Source: a virus (lineage: Duplodnaviria; Caudoviricetes). From it: a stretch of 64,000 nucleotides of DNA. The DNA lies in IMG/VR virus record IMGVR_UViG_3300033463_000045, positions 1 through 64,000 of that record; one strand, written 5' to 3'. The position numbers and the translations under genes are program-made. The notes under the pieces were generated by a model. That model saw only the letters and a program-made list of their open reading frames with translations, was not told the DNA's origin and ran no database searches. Shown here in pieces: positions 19,701 through 30,091 of this stretch (within the stretch, counting starts at the first letter, position 1; every line of letters begins with the position of its first letter).

Positions 19701-19759
19701 GAAATGAAAAAATACTTAATATGCTAACTAATAAAATGCCAGAAAGTCCAATAGCATAA
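16745..19759 (+). CDS. Tape measure protein with C-terminal M23 peptidase
   Basis: Long helical N-terminus, Gly-rich hydrophobic segments, M23 motifs HNGADF, YAHM, HLH. Confidence 0.88.
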   Translation: MAILNNDDIKIDNTPNHDGRRSLSKQVSDITDARKEILKQNSILNDRVRDFNDNKKSLDASMQTFNNQLDTLTKSLDKMDKDSAKAIRALLSSIGLTEKSMDKMSQTYKENSEALKKMSNDHTATGKQLLETLDSLDEVTNNIGDISEILEEIINNNYKLNKQQKETIKESAAIYKAYQQELKDAQEAKRNTYIDKEKVANENLSTAVKEEIGKLGDNLHQMIDTLNVYKLADKVAVSAKQQLQGELQTNYNLSGNEFESFKRGLYKQIDTSIYTNKEVFDAMQTLNTTALGNTQTATKYFNDIIRGQKVLGMTSETQQQLLKLGNITGRNELAFYQGTVAKFLNSNLGLNKQQLNELVQMNATLAMQAADLGIASEAFERANLESQAALERTEKGAGSRLVNAESFLLANTSATASLLGMDSGELSRRLNNGEHITDILRNSNGAAKEVMNAFRTGDTEYITRMREHASSAWGADNDAIWSTLRILATQEEEFNQNYLTATQSQTQDLENALNAVTEKETESLTWFQKALNKATNFFDGAIPWAFGAQLTSIIVGISTIISLMKINNNLLEIGRGLSGGKGAKLLSTKGLASKIGGLTIGNATGSAALGGALGVIGGTVMGISDAISMQGSTGYGVLADVGRGLFFGTGSKEQTNDQKLKSIGSNTLKYAAFGAGIGTFFGPGVGTAIGGGIGALVGLTTGLIGINKENKKLQEEQNNKLAEVEKNTATTANNTARDNVGIVYRYRGTDNYSSASGSGAIGSIGGSYHGYVSKGPIGAMTDAGKPITSYWGQKRTYKAEDGKWYTDIHNGADFGVPEGTKLYSNADGYVSMNFTEKSGANIVGITDKAGYTHLYAHMQSRSPLKIGTEVHKGDFVGYSGKTGRVTGAHLHYTVLKPGQEARNNYWVLGNTIDPAPFVSSSIFNGDASTVISSANKASTNSNVSDILGRNSAILSLESLGSISGPVVNSITDLKQTIIDLSAKTDRNEKILNMLTNKMPESPIA

Positions 19760-19775
19760 GAAGGGAGTTAGTATT

Positions 19776-20567
19776 ATGGCAAAATCAACTTATTTAGATA
19801 ATTTAATTAATGGTAAATTACCTGATACTATACACAGTACATATTTAAATAGACTATGGAGAAATCTTACTGATGGTACTATTTCTCCAGTTACTAGTTC
19901 TATTTTTACAAGTTTAACAAATGATATTGATTATATATTAATTGGTAGTGATTATTTAAATTCATTAAGTAGTAATATTAAAAATAATTTAGTTACTGAT
20001 ATGTCATCAACATATATGGGTAATATTACATTAGATAAAAGATATTTACCTATAGAAGCAAGACAAACTGTAGGACAAAATAAAGATAGTAATGCTCCAG
20101 GTAATAGTAGATATAACTTATCTATTAATACACCTCCAGAATATTTACCTGCAATTATTACTAGAACAACAAATGGAGAAAATAAAAATATACCTATTTT
20201 ATTTCCTAAATCATTTAGTAGAAGTATTCAAGCAAATTTTGCTAAAGAAAGTCCTGTTGGTAGTACATCTCCAATAACTGCTTATAGTTATACTGGAGCT
20301 GAATCAATTCCAATTGAATTTGATGCTTTATCAGATTATTTACCAGCTGGTTATAATACATTAAATGAATATGTTGAAGATATTATTAGTCTATTAAAAC
20401 CTAAAGTAACTAATTCAACAATATTTGAACCAACAGTTACTGTAACTTTTGCTGATATATCATTTTCAGGAATTTGTGAATCAGTATCAATAAGTTATGA
20501 TAATTTATATGATTATAAATCATTTACTCATGCAATAATAAGTTGTCAATTTACAAAATTAAGTTAA
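19776..20567 (+). CDS. Tail tube initiator / baseplate tube-like protein
   Basis: Position after the TMP. FPKSFS..YSYTG..PTVTVTF..GICESVSISY tube-fold-like pattern. Confidence 0.6.
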   Translation: MAKSTYLDNLINGKLPDTIHSTYLNRLWRNLTDGTISPVTSSIFTSLTNDIDYILIGSDYLNSLSSNIKNNLVTDMSSTYMGNITLDKRYLPIEARQTVGQNKDSNAPGNSRYNLSINTPPEYLPAIITRTTNGENKNIPILFPKSFSRSIQANFAKESPVGSTSPITAYSYTGAESIPIEFDALSDYLPAGYNTLNEYVEDIISLLKPKVTNSTIFEPTVTVTFADISFSGICESVSISYDNLYDYKSFTHAIISCQFTKLS

Positions 20568-20586
20568 TTAGAAAGGAGTATCAATT

Positions 20587-23067
20587 ATGGAAAAAAGACA
20601 AATGATTATACTTTGTTCAATTGGTGGAAGAGATATTAATTTTAAATCAATAACTGATATTAAAGTTGAAAGAAATTTCTCTGATGTTGGTAATAAATTT
20701 AGTATCGATTTAGTTGATAGTCCTCAAGTATTTACATATGATTTAGAATTATATATGAATGCTGGTTATAGAAATATTGAGTTTAAATATGGTGATTTAG
20801 GCACAAATAAATTGACATCTTATAAAGGAACAATTTGGGATTACACAAATACATTTGTTGGTAATATAAAAAAATTAACTATTACAGGTATTTGTGATAG
20901 ATATATAAATAATTCAAGAGGAGCATCTACATATTTATATAATATTGATTGGAATAGTTATTTTAATAAAAGAGAAAATGAAACTCAGCCATATGGTGCA
21001 ATACAAATAGCAAATATTAGAGAAGGTTTAAATAAAAAATATTCTCCAATATTATATGATACATATAGAAATAATTTAATTATAAATTCTAAACCTTTAA
21101 AATTAACTGGTCCTAGTGGTAAAACGATAGATTTACCTATACCAGATTCATTTTTCTTTACAACGAATATACCAGAAAATCCTGAAGATGTTGATAATAT
21201 TGACCAACAAAAATATCCAGAATTTTATTCAATGATAAACGACCCTAATAATATGTATTGGGGAAAATTAAGACCAGAAAAAACAACAGATGAAGAAATT
21301 ATTTGTAATTTTCCTAATCTAGGAGCAGCACATACATTATATAAAAAGAATGGAGAAATAGTTGCTTGTTTAATTAAACAAGATTCAGGTAAAAAAGCAA
21401 GTAATTCAGAATATGTGAATAATGGTGACCATTTATATGCTAATGTTAAAAAACTTATAGAATTTAAATCTGATAATGAAAATTCAGTTGCAAAAAATTG
21501 GCCAGAAAATTTTAATGCTTATACACAAGAAACAGCATTACCACAATGGTGGGTAGGTAGTCCATTAAAAAATAAAAAAGAATATTTTAATGATACACCT
21601 TATATTAATGTTTATAATAAAAATAATAATCTAATAGGTTTTAGAACTGATGGAGATGAAACAAAAACTGATAATGATGTATTTATAGATTTTACTTGTG
21701 ATGATGCATTAGGAGCAGGACAATTATCAAAAGGAATGATTACAGCAAATTTAGAACAAGTTCAACAAGCAACTACTTCAGCACAAATAGTAGAAGATAG
21801 AACAGGTTATTTATATTTTTATCAAAATAAAACCCTTAGAGGTTTTGTAACAAAAAATAGAAGTACAAATCAATACGAAGCATTTTATTTACAAGCAAAT
21901 CCAAATAAAGAAGGATTTGGTGGAGCTGGATTAGTTAAATCTGGTGAAGGTGTTAATATTTCATGGATAGTTAAACAGTTAGCAACTTTAGAAGGTTGGA
22001 GATATAAAGATGAATATATAGTACAAACAGAGTTAGTTCCAAATTCAGATGCATTTATAATGCAAGGTCAATCTGCTTTTGAATTTATACAAAAGAATTT
22101 AATTCCTAAAGCAGTAACACCAATAGGAAAATATACAGATTTAAATGGAAAAGAAGTTGAGGTAACAAGAGCTCAAGGTGGCTTTGGAATATTTTTTGAT
22201 AATAATGGTGATTTACATTTTCAACCAATATCTCAAACAAATCTTCAAGATTTAAATATTGATAATTTAGGTTATAATGTACCTAATTCTCCTACTATAT
22301 CATTTCAAGTAAATACAAAAGGAACAGCTTTTTATAATTTTCAAAAAACAGTAATTAATACAACATATATAACATCTGGAATAGAAGTAGAAAGAACAGA
22401 AGTTCTTTCAGATGATGAATCAGAAGATATTAGAAAAACTAAGGGACATAATGATACATTTGATTCTTGGTTAGGATTAAAATATAATACAGTTCAAAGA
22501 GCAATAGATAAAAGTGAATTAACTGAAGATTGTTCATCATATGGAACAGACATACAAAATATTGCTATAGGTTTAGCACAAAATGCATTAATATCTTCAC
22601 CAACAACAAAATTATCTTCTTCTGGTGCTTATAATTCAATAGATGTTACTGGTAATATTAAAAAAGCAATAAAAATAATTGAAGACTTTACAGTTACTGC
22701 TAATATGAATATGTGGGGAGATTACAGAATTAAACCTGCTGGAGTAATAAATATAACTAATATGGTTAAAGGTGGAAGATATAATAACAATTTTCCAGAA
22801 AAACATCCATCATCTGGTAGATATGTAATTCAATCAGTATCAGAATCCATATCATCTTCAAGTTATACTCAATCACTTAATTTATTAAGATTTACAGAAG
22901 ATTTAGAAAAATTAATAAATCCATATAATATAGATTATTCTAAAGATTTTTATATTCATGATAAAGCAGATGATAATAAATTAGTATGTAAAAATTGTGA
23001 TGACCCTATTATTGAAAGTACTAAAGTACCTGAGTATTCTGTTACTGTTCAAGGTAAAAAGAGGTGA
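20587..23067 (+). CDS. Baseplate hub protein (gp27/gpD-like) with large insertion
   Basis: Position before the spike gene. GDYRIKPAG..SGRYVIQSVSESI..YTQSLNL C-terminal hub pattern. Confidence 0.65.
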   Translation: MEKRQMIILCSIGGRDINFKSITDIKVERNFSDVGNKFSIDLVDSPQVFTYDLELYMNAGYRNIEFKYGDLGTNKLTSYKGTIWDYTNTFVGNIKKLTITGICDRYINNSRGASTYLYNIDWNSYFNKRENETQPYGAIQIANIREGLNKKYSPILYDTYRNNLIINSKPLKLTGPSGKTIDLPIPDSFFFTTNIPENPEDVDNIDQQKYPEFYSMINDPNNMYWGKLRPEKTTDEEIICNFPNLGAAHTLYKKNGEIVACLIKQDSGKKASNSEYVNNGDHLYANVKKLIEFKSDNENSVAKNWPENFNAYTQETALPQWWVGSPLKNKKEYFNDTPYINVYNKNNNLIGFRTDGDETKTDNDVFIDFTCDDALGAGQLSKGMITANLEQVQQATTSAQIVEDRTGYLYFYQNKTLRGFVTKNRSTNQYEAFYLQANPNKEGFGGAGLVKSGEGVNISWIVKQLATLEGWRYKDEYIVQTELVPNSDAFIMQGQSAFEFIQKNLIPKAVTPIGKYTDLNGKEVEVTRAQGGFGIFFDNNGDLHFQPISQTNLQDLNIDNLGYNVPNSPTISFQVNTKGTAFYNFQKTVINTTYITSGIEVERTEVLSDDESEDIRKTKGHNDTFDSWLGLKYNTVQRAIDKSELTEDCSSYGTDIQNIAIGLAQNALISSPTTKLSSSGAYNSIDVTGNIKKAIKIIEDFTVTANMNMWGDYRIKPAGVINITNMVKGGRYNNNFPEKHPSSGRYVIQSVSESISSSSYTQSLNLLRFTEDLEKLINPYNIDYSKDFYIHDKADDNKLVCKNCDDPIIESTKVPEYSVTVQGKKR

Positions 23068-24041
23068 TTAAATTGATACAAGATAATACTACATATTTTA
23101 ATACTAATTCATTTGTAGGAAGTAATGCAGATGTAGATACAATAGATAAATTTGATTTTAATTCCTTTTATAGAGCATATGTTATTGATAATCAAGACCC
23201 TGATAAATTAGGAAGAGTTAAAATTAGAATACCATCATTACATGGAACTTCTACAACATATCCTTGGGCATATCCAGCAAGTTTAACTGGTTTTGGATTT
23301 CAAACAGGAATGTTTATATTACCTCCAGTTGGAGCAATGGTATGGGTTACATTTGAATATTCAGATGAACATAGACCAATATATTTTGGTGGTATTCCAA
23401 CAACTTATGCTGAAGGTAAATCACAAAGTTATGGACCATTTATAAATAATGGTTATCCTGTAGCAGTAACAAATGATGACTTACCATTTGAATATACAGG
23501 AACTCAACAAATAATATATAAATCTCCAAAAAGTTCTATATTATATTTTGATAGCAGTGATATTAATAATTTAATAGTAATGAAAAATATTAATGGTCAA
23601 GGAATAGAAATTGCATCATTATATGATATGGAAACTGGTTTATATGATAGATATACAAAAATGTCTTATGATGATAAAAATTATATTAAATTAGAAGAAA
23701 ATAAATTTAAATTAGTTTTAGATGGAGAGGAAATAACATTTGAACCTGGTAGTTTTAATAATTATAATGAGTTAACAAATAAACCACAAATAAATGGAAT
23801 TACATTACAAGGAAATCTAACAGCAGAAGATTTAAATATAAATGAAGATAAAAATTTTGTATATACTCAAAATACAGCTTCTGATACATGGACAATACAG
23901 CATAATTTAAATAAATATCCTTCAGTAACAGTAATAGATAGTTCAAATTCTGTAGTTGATGGAGATATTACATATATAGATACAAATAATTTAACAATTA
24001 AATTTAAAGGCGGATTTAAGGGTAAAGCAACCCTAAATTAA
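23064..24041 (+). CDS. Baseplate spike protein (gp5/gpV OB-fold)
   Basis: YRAYVIDNQDPDKLGRVKIRIP..WA.P..LPPVGAMVWVTFE. C-terminal WTIQHNL..YPSV module. Confidence 0.85.
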   Translation: MIKLIQDNTTYFNTNSFVGSNADVDTIDKFDFNSFYRAYVIDNQDPDKLGRVKIRIPSLHGTSTTYPWAYPASLTGFGFQTGMFILPPVGAMVWVTFEYSDEHRPIYFGGIPTTYAEGKSQSYGPFINNGYPVAVTNDDLPFEYTGTQQIIYKSPKSSILYFDSSDINNLIVMKNINGQGIEIASLYDMETGLYDRYTKMSYDDKNYIKLEENKFKLVLDGEEITFEPGSFNNYNELTNKPQINGITLQGNLTAEDLNINEDKNFVYTQNTASDTWTIQHNLNKYPSVTVIDSSNSVVDGDITYIDTNNLTIKFKGGFKGKATLN

Positions 24042-24056
24042 TAGAGAGGTGATATT

Positions 24057-25388
24057 ATGGCAAAAAGTATTTTAGTTGATTTAAATTTAAATCAAAACGA
24101 ATTACAAAATTCAGTAATGCAGAATCTTGCTAGTAATCCTGCTAGCGGCGTTGCAGGTCAAATGTATTTTAATACAGCAGTAAATAAATTAAGAGTATAT
24201 GATGGAACAGATTGGGTTAATTTAGAAAGAGGTACAGGAACAGTTACAAGTGTAGCTATTGATAATGATACTGACGGTGGTCTTACTGTATCTGGAAGTC
24301 CTATTACAAGTTCAGGAACAATAACATTAGGACATAGCAATGTTTTAGGTTCTGCGCAAACTACTTCAGGAATCTATCCTATTAAAATAGATAAAAATGG
24401 ACATATTACAGAATACGGTACAGCATTAGGTACGGTATCAACAACTGCTGATGGTTTAATGCCAGCAAATAAAAGTGCAAATCAATCTAGTACACCAGTT
24501 GGTTCTAATAATTATGTTTGGGATGCTACTCAAGCAAAATATGCTAAATTACCAGCAACAGCATTTAGTGATACTACTTATACAGATGGTACAGCAGGTT
24601 ATACATTAAAAGCAAAACAAGACGGAAATGGAAATCAAATTGATACAACTTATGCTCCAATCGCAAGTCCTACATTTACTGGAACTCCTACTGCTCCAAC
24701 AGCGACAGCGGGTACTAATACAACACAAATAGCAACAACTGCTTTCGTTACTACTGCAGTAAGTGCTATTAGTGGAGGTATGGTTTATAAAGGTACAATA
24801 GGTACTGGTGGAACTGCTGGTTCTACATTACCAACAACAGGAGTTAAAGTTGGAGATACTTATAAAATTATTACTGACGGTACTTATGCAGGTCAAGCAG
24901 CTAAAGTTGGTGACATGTTTATTGCGACAGCAACTACACCAACATGGTCATATATTCCATCAGGTGATGATGACGCAGTTACTCAAGTTACTGCCGGTGT
25001 AGGTTTAAATACTACAAGTGATGATACTTCTGTTGATGGAGGTTCAATTACTACAACAGGTACATTGTATTTAACTAAATCAGGAGTAACTGCTGGAACA
25101 TATCAAGGTATTACTGTTGATAAATATGGACGCGTTACTAGTGCATCAAATATGGGTTATTCTACACTAAAGAAATATACAGGAACTATTACTGGAGATG
25201 GAACTACTTCAAGCTTTGATATTACTCATAGTTTAGGTTCTAGAGATATAACAGTTCAAATTTATGATGGAACTACTTATGAAGATGTTATTGTAGATAT
25301 AGTTAGAGCAACAACATCAAAAGTTACTATATCATTTGCTACTCCTCCAGTTAGTGCAAAAACTTATAAAGTAGTATGTATAGGTTAA
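24057..25388 (+). CDS. Tail fibre / virion structural protein
   Basis: Thr/Gly-rich. SPTFTGTPTAPTA..IATTAFV and VDKYGRVT fibre repeats. Confidence 0.75.
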   Translation: MAKSILVDLNLNQNELQNSVMQNLASNPASGVAGQMYFNTAVNKLRVYDGTDWVNLERGTGTVTSVAIDNDTDGGLTVSGSPITSSGTITLGHSNVLGSAQTTSGIYPIKIDKNGHITEYGTALGTVSTTADGLMPANKSANQSSTPVGSNNYVWDATQAKYAKLPATAFSDTTYTDGTAGYTLKAKQDGNGNQIDTTYAPIASPTFTGTPTAPTATAGTNTTQIATTAFVTTAVSAISGGMVYKGTIGTGGTAGSTLPTTGVKVGDTYKIITDGTYAGQAAKVGDMFIATATTPTWSYIPSGDDDAVTQVTAGVGLNTTSDDTSVDGGSITTTGTLYLTKSGVTAGTYQGITVDKYGRVTSASNMGYSTLKKYTGTITGDGTTSSFDITHSLGSRDITVQIYDGTTYEDVIVDIVRATTSKVTISFATPPVSAKTYKVVCIG

Positions 25389-25438
25389 TAATTTTATGAT
25401 ATAATATAATTAATAAATAAAAATAAAGAGGTGATTAT

Positions 25439-26788
25439 ATGAAGCTTCTTGGAGCAATAGATGAAGATGCTGATGTAGTTAATAAGAAATATGTTGATGA
25501 TAAAGGAACTACAATAGAAAGTGCATGGTATTGCACTTGTTCTACTGCAGCTAGCACATCAGCAAAAGTTCTTACTTGTAGTGAAAATGATTTTGCACTT
25601 AAAATAGGAATTATAATTTCTGTAGCATTTGACCATAATAATACAGCATCTTCTGTTACTTTAAATGTAAATTCTTCTGGAGCAAAACCAATAGGTAATA
25701 GAGGAAGTCAATATACAGGAACAGACCCAGAAATAACAGGTTATGAAGGAAGATTACTTTATTATGTTTACGATGGAACATATTGGAGTTGGCTAAATGT
25801 ATTTGCAGAAGAAGATAATAGTGCAGGTTCTTATATTCCAATAGGAACAATGACAATGTTTGCTGGTTCTACACCACCTGAAGGTTGGTTAATATGTGAT
25901 GGTTCAGCAATTTCAAGAACTACTTATGCTTCATTATTTAATAAAATAGGAACTACTTATGGAGCAGGAGACGGTTCTACAACATTCAATATACCTAATT
26001 TCAAAGGTAGAGTTCCTGTAGGTTTAGATTCTAGTCAAGGTGAATTTGATACATTAGGAGAAACAGGTGGAGAAAAATATCATACATTGATTGCATCAGA
26101 GTTACCATCACAACCAAATTATTGGGGATATGCTGGTGAAAATACAGATTGGCCAATTGTAAGTAATCTCGGATTAGGAACACAAACAAATTGTGAACAC
26201 TATGTAAATGTTGGGGGTACGATGAGTAGTGGTACTACTTCTGTATATACAATTCGTTCGAGTGGAGCAAACCATCCAACTACGCATGACCAAGCTCATA
26301 ATAACTTACAACCATATGGAGTAACTAATATTATAATAAGAGCATTAAATACTGTAGCAGAAGAAGCTCCAGTTGATAGTTTACCTATAGGTAGTATATT
26401 AGAATATGATGGTGATACCGTACCTGAAGGTTATAGTCAAGTAGCAGATGAAATGGTTATTTTATATAGTGATGCAACAGGTTCTAATACAAGTGTAACT
26501 TTAAGTGATTCTCTTGCAAATTATACTTATGCAGAAATAATTTATCGTTCTAATGATGGTGAGGGTTATAAAAATAGTACTGGGAAAATATGGCATCCTA
26601 ATGCAAATCACGTTACGATGACATATTGGTTCCTTTTTGGATATTTATATGTAAAATATTCAAATGCTTATCTAGATGGGACATCAATAACACTAACAGA
26701 TTCAACAGAAATGTATTGGACATCAAATTCATTTGTACAAACTAGTTCAAATAATATATATATAGTTTGTGTAATAGGATATAGATAG
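25439..26788 (+). CDS. Tail fibre protein with collar domain
   Basis: PIGT..FAGSTPPEGWLICDGSAISRTTYASLF..FNIPNFKGR collar motif; HNNLQPY. Confidence 0.88.
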   Translation: MKLLGAIDEDADVVNKKYVDDKGTTIESAWYCTCSTAASTSAKVLTCSENDFALKIGIIISVAFDHNNTASSVTLNVNSSGAKPIGNRGSQYTGTDPEITGYEGRLLYYVYDGTYWSWLNVFAEEDNSAGSYIPIGTMTMFAGSTPPEGWLICDGSAISRTTYASLFNKIGTTYGAGDGSTTFNIPNFKGRVPVGLDSSQGEFDTLGETGGEKYHTLIASELPSQPNYWGYAGENTDWPIVSNLGLGTQTNCEHYVNVGGTMSSGTTSVYTIRSSGANHPTTHDQAHNNLQPYGVTNIIIRALNTVAEEAPVDSLPIGSILEYDGDTVPEGYSQVADEMVILYSDATGSNTSVTLSDSLANYTYAEIIYRSNDGEGYKNSTGKIWHPNANHVTMTYWFLFGYLYVKYSNAYLDGTSITLTDSTEMYWTSNSFVQTSSNNIYIVCVIGYR

Positions 26789-26799
26789 GAGATATAAAT

Positions 26800-27483
26800 A
26801 TGAGAATTAAAAAAATGTATCAAAGCGGTTTACCTGCAGGAAGTGTATTAAATACAGATAGTAATAGTCAAACAAGTACTTTTAGTTGTAATTATATAAA
26901 TGATAATTTCTTTAATAATATAACTAAACCATTAAAATTTAATCATGCTTCAAATTCAGTTACGTTAGGAGCAACAAGCACATGGATTCCTACTTCATTA
27001 TCAGATAGAGGAGCAACTAAATGTTTTGCTATTACAGAAGAAAATGGAGAAGACTACGGTATGGCTAAATTAAGTGGTCAAATGCATGTTTATACAGACG
27101 GTAAATTTTGGCAAAATGAAGGAGCATACCCTTGTTTAGATACTTCTTCAGTTAGCCTATTATGGAGTGATTATAATAGCTCATATCAAGAGGATGTAAA
27201 TCTAGATTCATCATATTTAACTAACTGGGATTTCTTACTTATAATGGCAGACCACGCAACACAAATAGTTAGTACTAGTTGGATAACTGGTGGATTAATA
27301 TATTGCGATTGGAATGGTTCTGCTGATAGAGTGTTTACTAGAGCTATTAATTATAACGCTGATACACAAGGTATTAAAATTATTAAATGCTTTGAAAGAG
27401 GATTAAATGGAACTACAGGCGCTGGTTATAATGGTTATTACTTAATTGTTAGACAAGTATGGGGAATTAAAATATGGAAATAA
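26800..27483 (+). CDS. Tail-fibre-associated / receptor-binding protein
   Basis: Follows the fibre genes; beta-rich, C-terminal VRQVWGIK. Confidence 0.5.
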   Translation: MRIKKMYQSGLPAGSVLNTDSNSQTSTFSCNYINDNFFNNITKPLKFNHASNSVTLGATSTWIPTSLSDRGATKCFAITEENGEDYGMAKLSGQMHVYTDGKFWQNEGAYPCLDTSSVSLLWSDYNSSYQEDVNLDSSYLTNWDFLLIMADHATQIVSTSWITGGLIYCDWNGSADRVFTRAINYNADTQGIKIIKCFERGLNGTTGAGYNGYYLIVRQVWGIKIWK

Positions 27484-27553
27484 GTATTAAATATCTTATA
27501 ATTTAATATTTATTTTCATATATTATAGATATTAATTATAAAGGAGAGATATT

Positions 27554-27958
27554 ATGGTAATAACAAGTAATCCTTATCAAAAACATTTAGAACCAACAGC
27601 AAAAGATATTTGGTATAGTTCTTTAGTTACTAATGTCGCTAATAAAAGAACAAATTCAACATTAGATAGATATGCTAATAAAAATAGAATAACTATGTAT
27701 GATGGTACAACATTTATAGAATTTATTAGAAAATCTATGCTATATACAGAAGTTAAAGATACAGACCAATATTATTTTGTTGATGCTGGTAAAAGATTAA
27801 GACCTGATTTAATAAGTTATGATTTATTTGGAACTCCAATATTTTATTGGGTAATATTATCTGATAATAATTTGGTTTCTTCATTACAAACACAAACAAA
27901 TTTAACATTAAGAATACCTGTTTTATCTGATATTGTTAATAATGAAAAATTAATATAA
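27554..27958 (+). CDS. Baseplate wedge LysM-like protein (T4 gp53-like)
   Basis: RPDLISYDLFGTPIFYWVIL..N...LRIP. Confidence 0.8.
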   Translation: MVITSNPYQKHLEPTAKDIWYSSLVTNVANKRTNSTLDRYANKNRITMYDGTTFIEFIRKSMLYTEVKDTDQYYFVDAGKRLRPDLISYDLFGTPIFYWVILSDNNLVSSLQTQTNLTLRIPVLSDIVNNEKLI

Positions 27959-27964
27959 TAATAT

Positions 27965-27995
27965 TTAATATTAGCTTAATATAAGCTAATATTAA
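27965..27995. terminator. Perfect hairpin / possible terminator
   Basis: TTAATATTAGCTTA-ATA-TAAGCTAATATTAA. Confidence 0.5.
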
Positions 27996-28076
27996 TTAGT
28001 TTTAAATAAAGTAATATAAATATATTAAAAATATAAAAAGTGTCCTAGAAAGCACGAATAATGAAAGGAGCTGATT

Positions 28077-28478
28077 ATTATAAACGTACTTGTTATGCAA
28101 GGTATGAGTACTGATAAAGTAATAAATTCTTATGGCGGAATTGGTGTTGTAATGCAACATGAAAAATTACAACAAGATATAAGAACTTTATTATTAACTA
28201 AAAGAGGTTCTGTAATAGGAAATCCCGCTTATGGAAGTAATCTTCATACCTATTTATTTGATAATTCTAGTGATAATACAATTTTATTAGTAAATACAGA
28301 AATAAGTAATATTTTAAAAAATAATTATAATTTTATAAATGATGTAGAAACAGTTTCTAGAGTTGAAGGAACGGCATTATATATTTCTATATCTTATACT
28401 ACAATTAATGATAATTTAAGTACTAAATTAGAATTTAGTATTCCACTAACAGAGGAGGGAATAGTTAGATATGAATAA
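28077..28478 (+). CDS. Baseplate protein gp25-like (probable ATT/ATA start; the ORF track starts at 28095)
   Basis: IRTLLLTKRGS..PAYGSNL..YLF gp25 motif. SD GAAAGGAG at 28063-28070 is positioned for in-frame ATT 28077 or ATA 28080. Confidence 0.82.
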   Translation: MINVLVMQGMSTDKVINSYGGIGVVMQHEKLQQDIRTLLLTKRGSVIGNPAYGSNLHTYLFDNSSDNTILLVNTEISNILKNNYNFINDVETVSRVEGTALYISISYTTINDNLSTKLEFSIPLTEEGIVRYE

Positions 28479-30057
28479 TACTACATATGATAGAAGAAGT
28501 ATTGAATCTATATTTGAATATTTAAAAGAACAAGCAACAGAATTAAGTAGAGGAAGATGGACAGATTTTAGTGCTGGTGATATAGGTTCTGTTATGTTAG
28601 GTTTAATGGCATTTCTTGCTGACCAAAATAATTTTCAAATAGATAAAACAGCATCAGAATTATTCCTAGACACTGCTGTTGAAAGAAGTTCATTAATGGC
28701 GATGTTAAAATTAGTGGGTTATGAACCTAGACATTTTGAATCTGCAAAAACAACTATTGAATTAAATACTTTATTAGAAGATATTAATAATGATATAATT
28801 CCAGCGTATACTCAATTTACAAATGAAGATGGAACAGTATCTTATTATAATTTATTACCTATTATAGTTTCTAATAATAAAGGAACTTGTGAAGAAGTAT
28901 ATGAAGGTACAAGAGTTTCTGCTACATATCAATATTCTAATATTACAGCAGATGGTAAATTATATTTACAAGATTATAGAGTAGGAACAAATACAGTTCA
29001 ATTATATATTCCTTCAGTATCAACAGATTTAATAGAGAGAGTTAAGAATGTTAAATTTACTGCTGGTAAATTTGCTTTTAGTGTTCACGTTAATGAAGAT
29101 GCTCAAGTATATATTCAATTACCTAGTTTCTGGGCAGATGTATTAAATGAATCATCTACATTAAGAGTTAGCTATTTATTAACTAATGGCGAATCAGGAA
29201 GAATTGGTAAAGGAATCTTAAATAGATTTGCTACAGAAGGTAATTTATATACTAGATATAGTGTTACTAATACAGAACAATCTACTGGCGGTTATTTCCC
29301 AGAAACAGTAGATGAAATTAAAATAAGTGCTCCTATTCATGCAAGAACTATGGACACAATAGTTACTAAAAAAGATTTAGATGAATTAACTATGGTAGAT
29401 GATGCTGGTTCTATGGCAATGATTAAATGTGGTGATTATAATGATGATTGGACTGGTTATGTTCAACCAGACGATGCTTATAAATGTAAAGTCTTAGCAG
29501 TTCCACATAATTATGAAGAAATAAGTATTTATTATTATACAAATGATAATGACACAGATGATAATCATATTTATTGGTATGATGAATATAATCAAAAAAT
29601 CTATGATGAAAATATGAATGAAGTTACAGGAATTTATATAGACCAATTAACAAGACATCTAACTGATAAAGCAAAAGAAATGATTAAATATATAGATGAA
29701 AATAGATTAGCAAGTTTAATGTTTACTTATGAAGATGCTAAAAGATATTTACCTAATATTAGAATGAATATTTATACAGACCCTAATGATATAAGAACTT
29801 TAACAATAGCAAATCAAGTAGAAACATTTATGAAGGAATTTTATTATAGAGATAATTTAACAATAGGACAATCTTTACCTGGTTCTGTTATTGGTAGAGA
29901 CATATTAAATAATTTTGATGCAATTACTTATATAGAAATAGTTGAACCTGATATAAATATTGCAGTAGACCCTGATATGTATATTGATATGTATTATGCT
30001 AAATTTAATATTTATGTTAATGACGAGCTAATAATAAATGAATATAATAATTTATAA
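28471..30057 (+). CDS. Baseplate wedge protein (T4 gp6 / gpJ-like)
   Basis: WTDF...ELFLDTAVERSS..LVGYEP, SYLLTNGESG, ETVDEIK..IVTKKD. Confidence 0.88.
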   Translation: MNNTTYDRRSIESIFEYLKEQATELSRGRWTDFSAGDIGSVMLGLMAFLADQNNFQIDKTASELFLDTAVERSSLMAMLKLVGYEPRHFESAKTTIELNTLLEDINNDIIPAYTQFTNEDGTVSYYNLLPIIVSNNKGTCEEVYEGTRVSATYQYSNITADGKLYLQDYRVGTNTVQLYIPSVSTDLIERVKNVKFTAGKFAFSVHVNEDAQVYIQLPSFWADVLNESSTLRVSYLLTNGESGRIGKGILNRFATEGNLYTRYSVTNTEQSTGGYFPETVDEIKISAPIHARTMDTIVTKKDLDELTMVDDAGSMAMIKCGDYNDDWTGYVQPDDAYKCKVLAVPHNYEEISIYYYTNDNDTDDNHIYWYDEYNQKIYDENMNEVTGIYIDQLTRHLTDKAKEMIKYIDENRLASLMFTYEDAKRYLPNIRMNIYTDPNDIRTLTIANQVETFMKEFYYRDNLTIGQSLPGSVIGRDILNNFDAITYIEIVEPDINIAVDPDMYIDMYYAKFNIYVNDELIINEYNNL

Positions 30058-30091
30058 TTATACATAATATATAATAAGAGGAGGATTTAGA

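Noticed and set aside
24057-27483. Diversity-generating retroelement acting on tail fibres
   Set aside because: No reverse transcriptase and no TR/VR repeat pair seen in the window.
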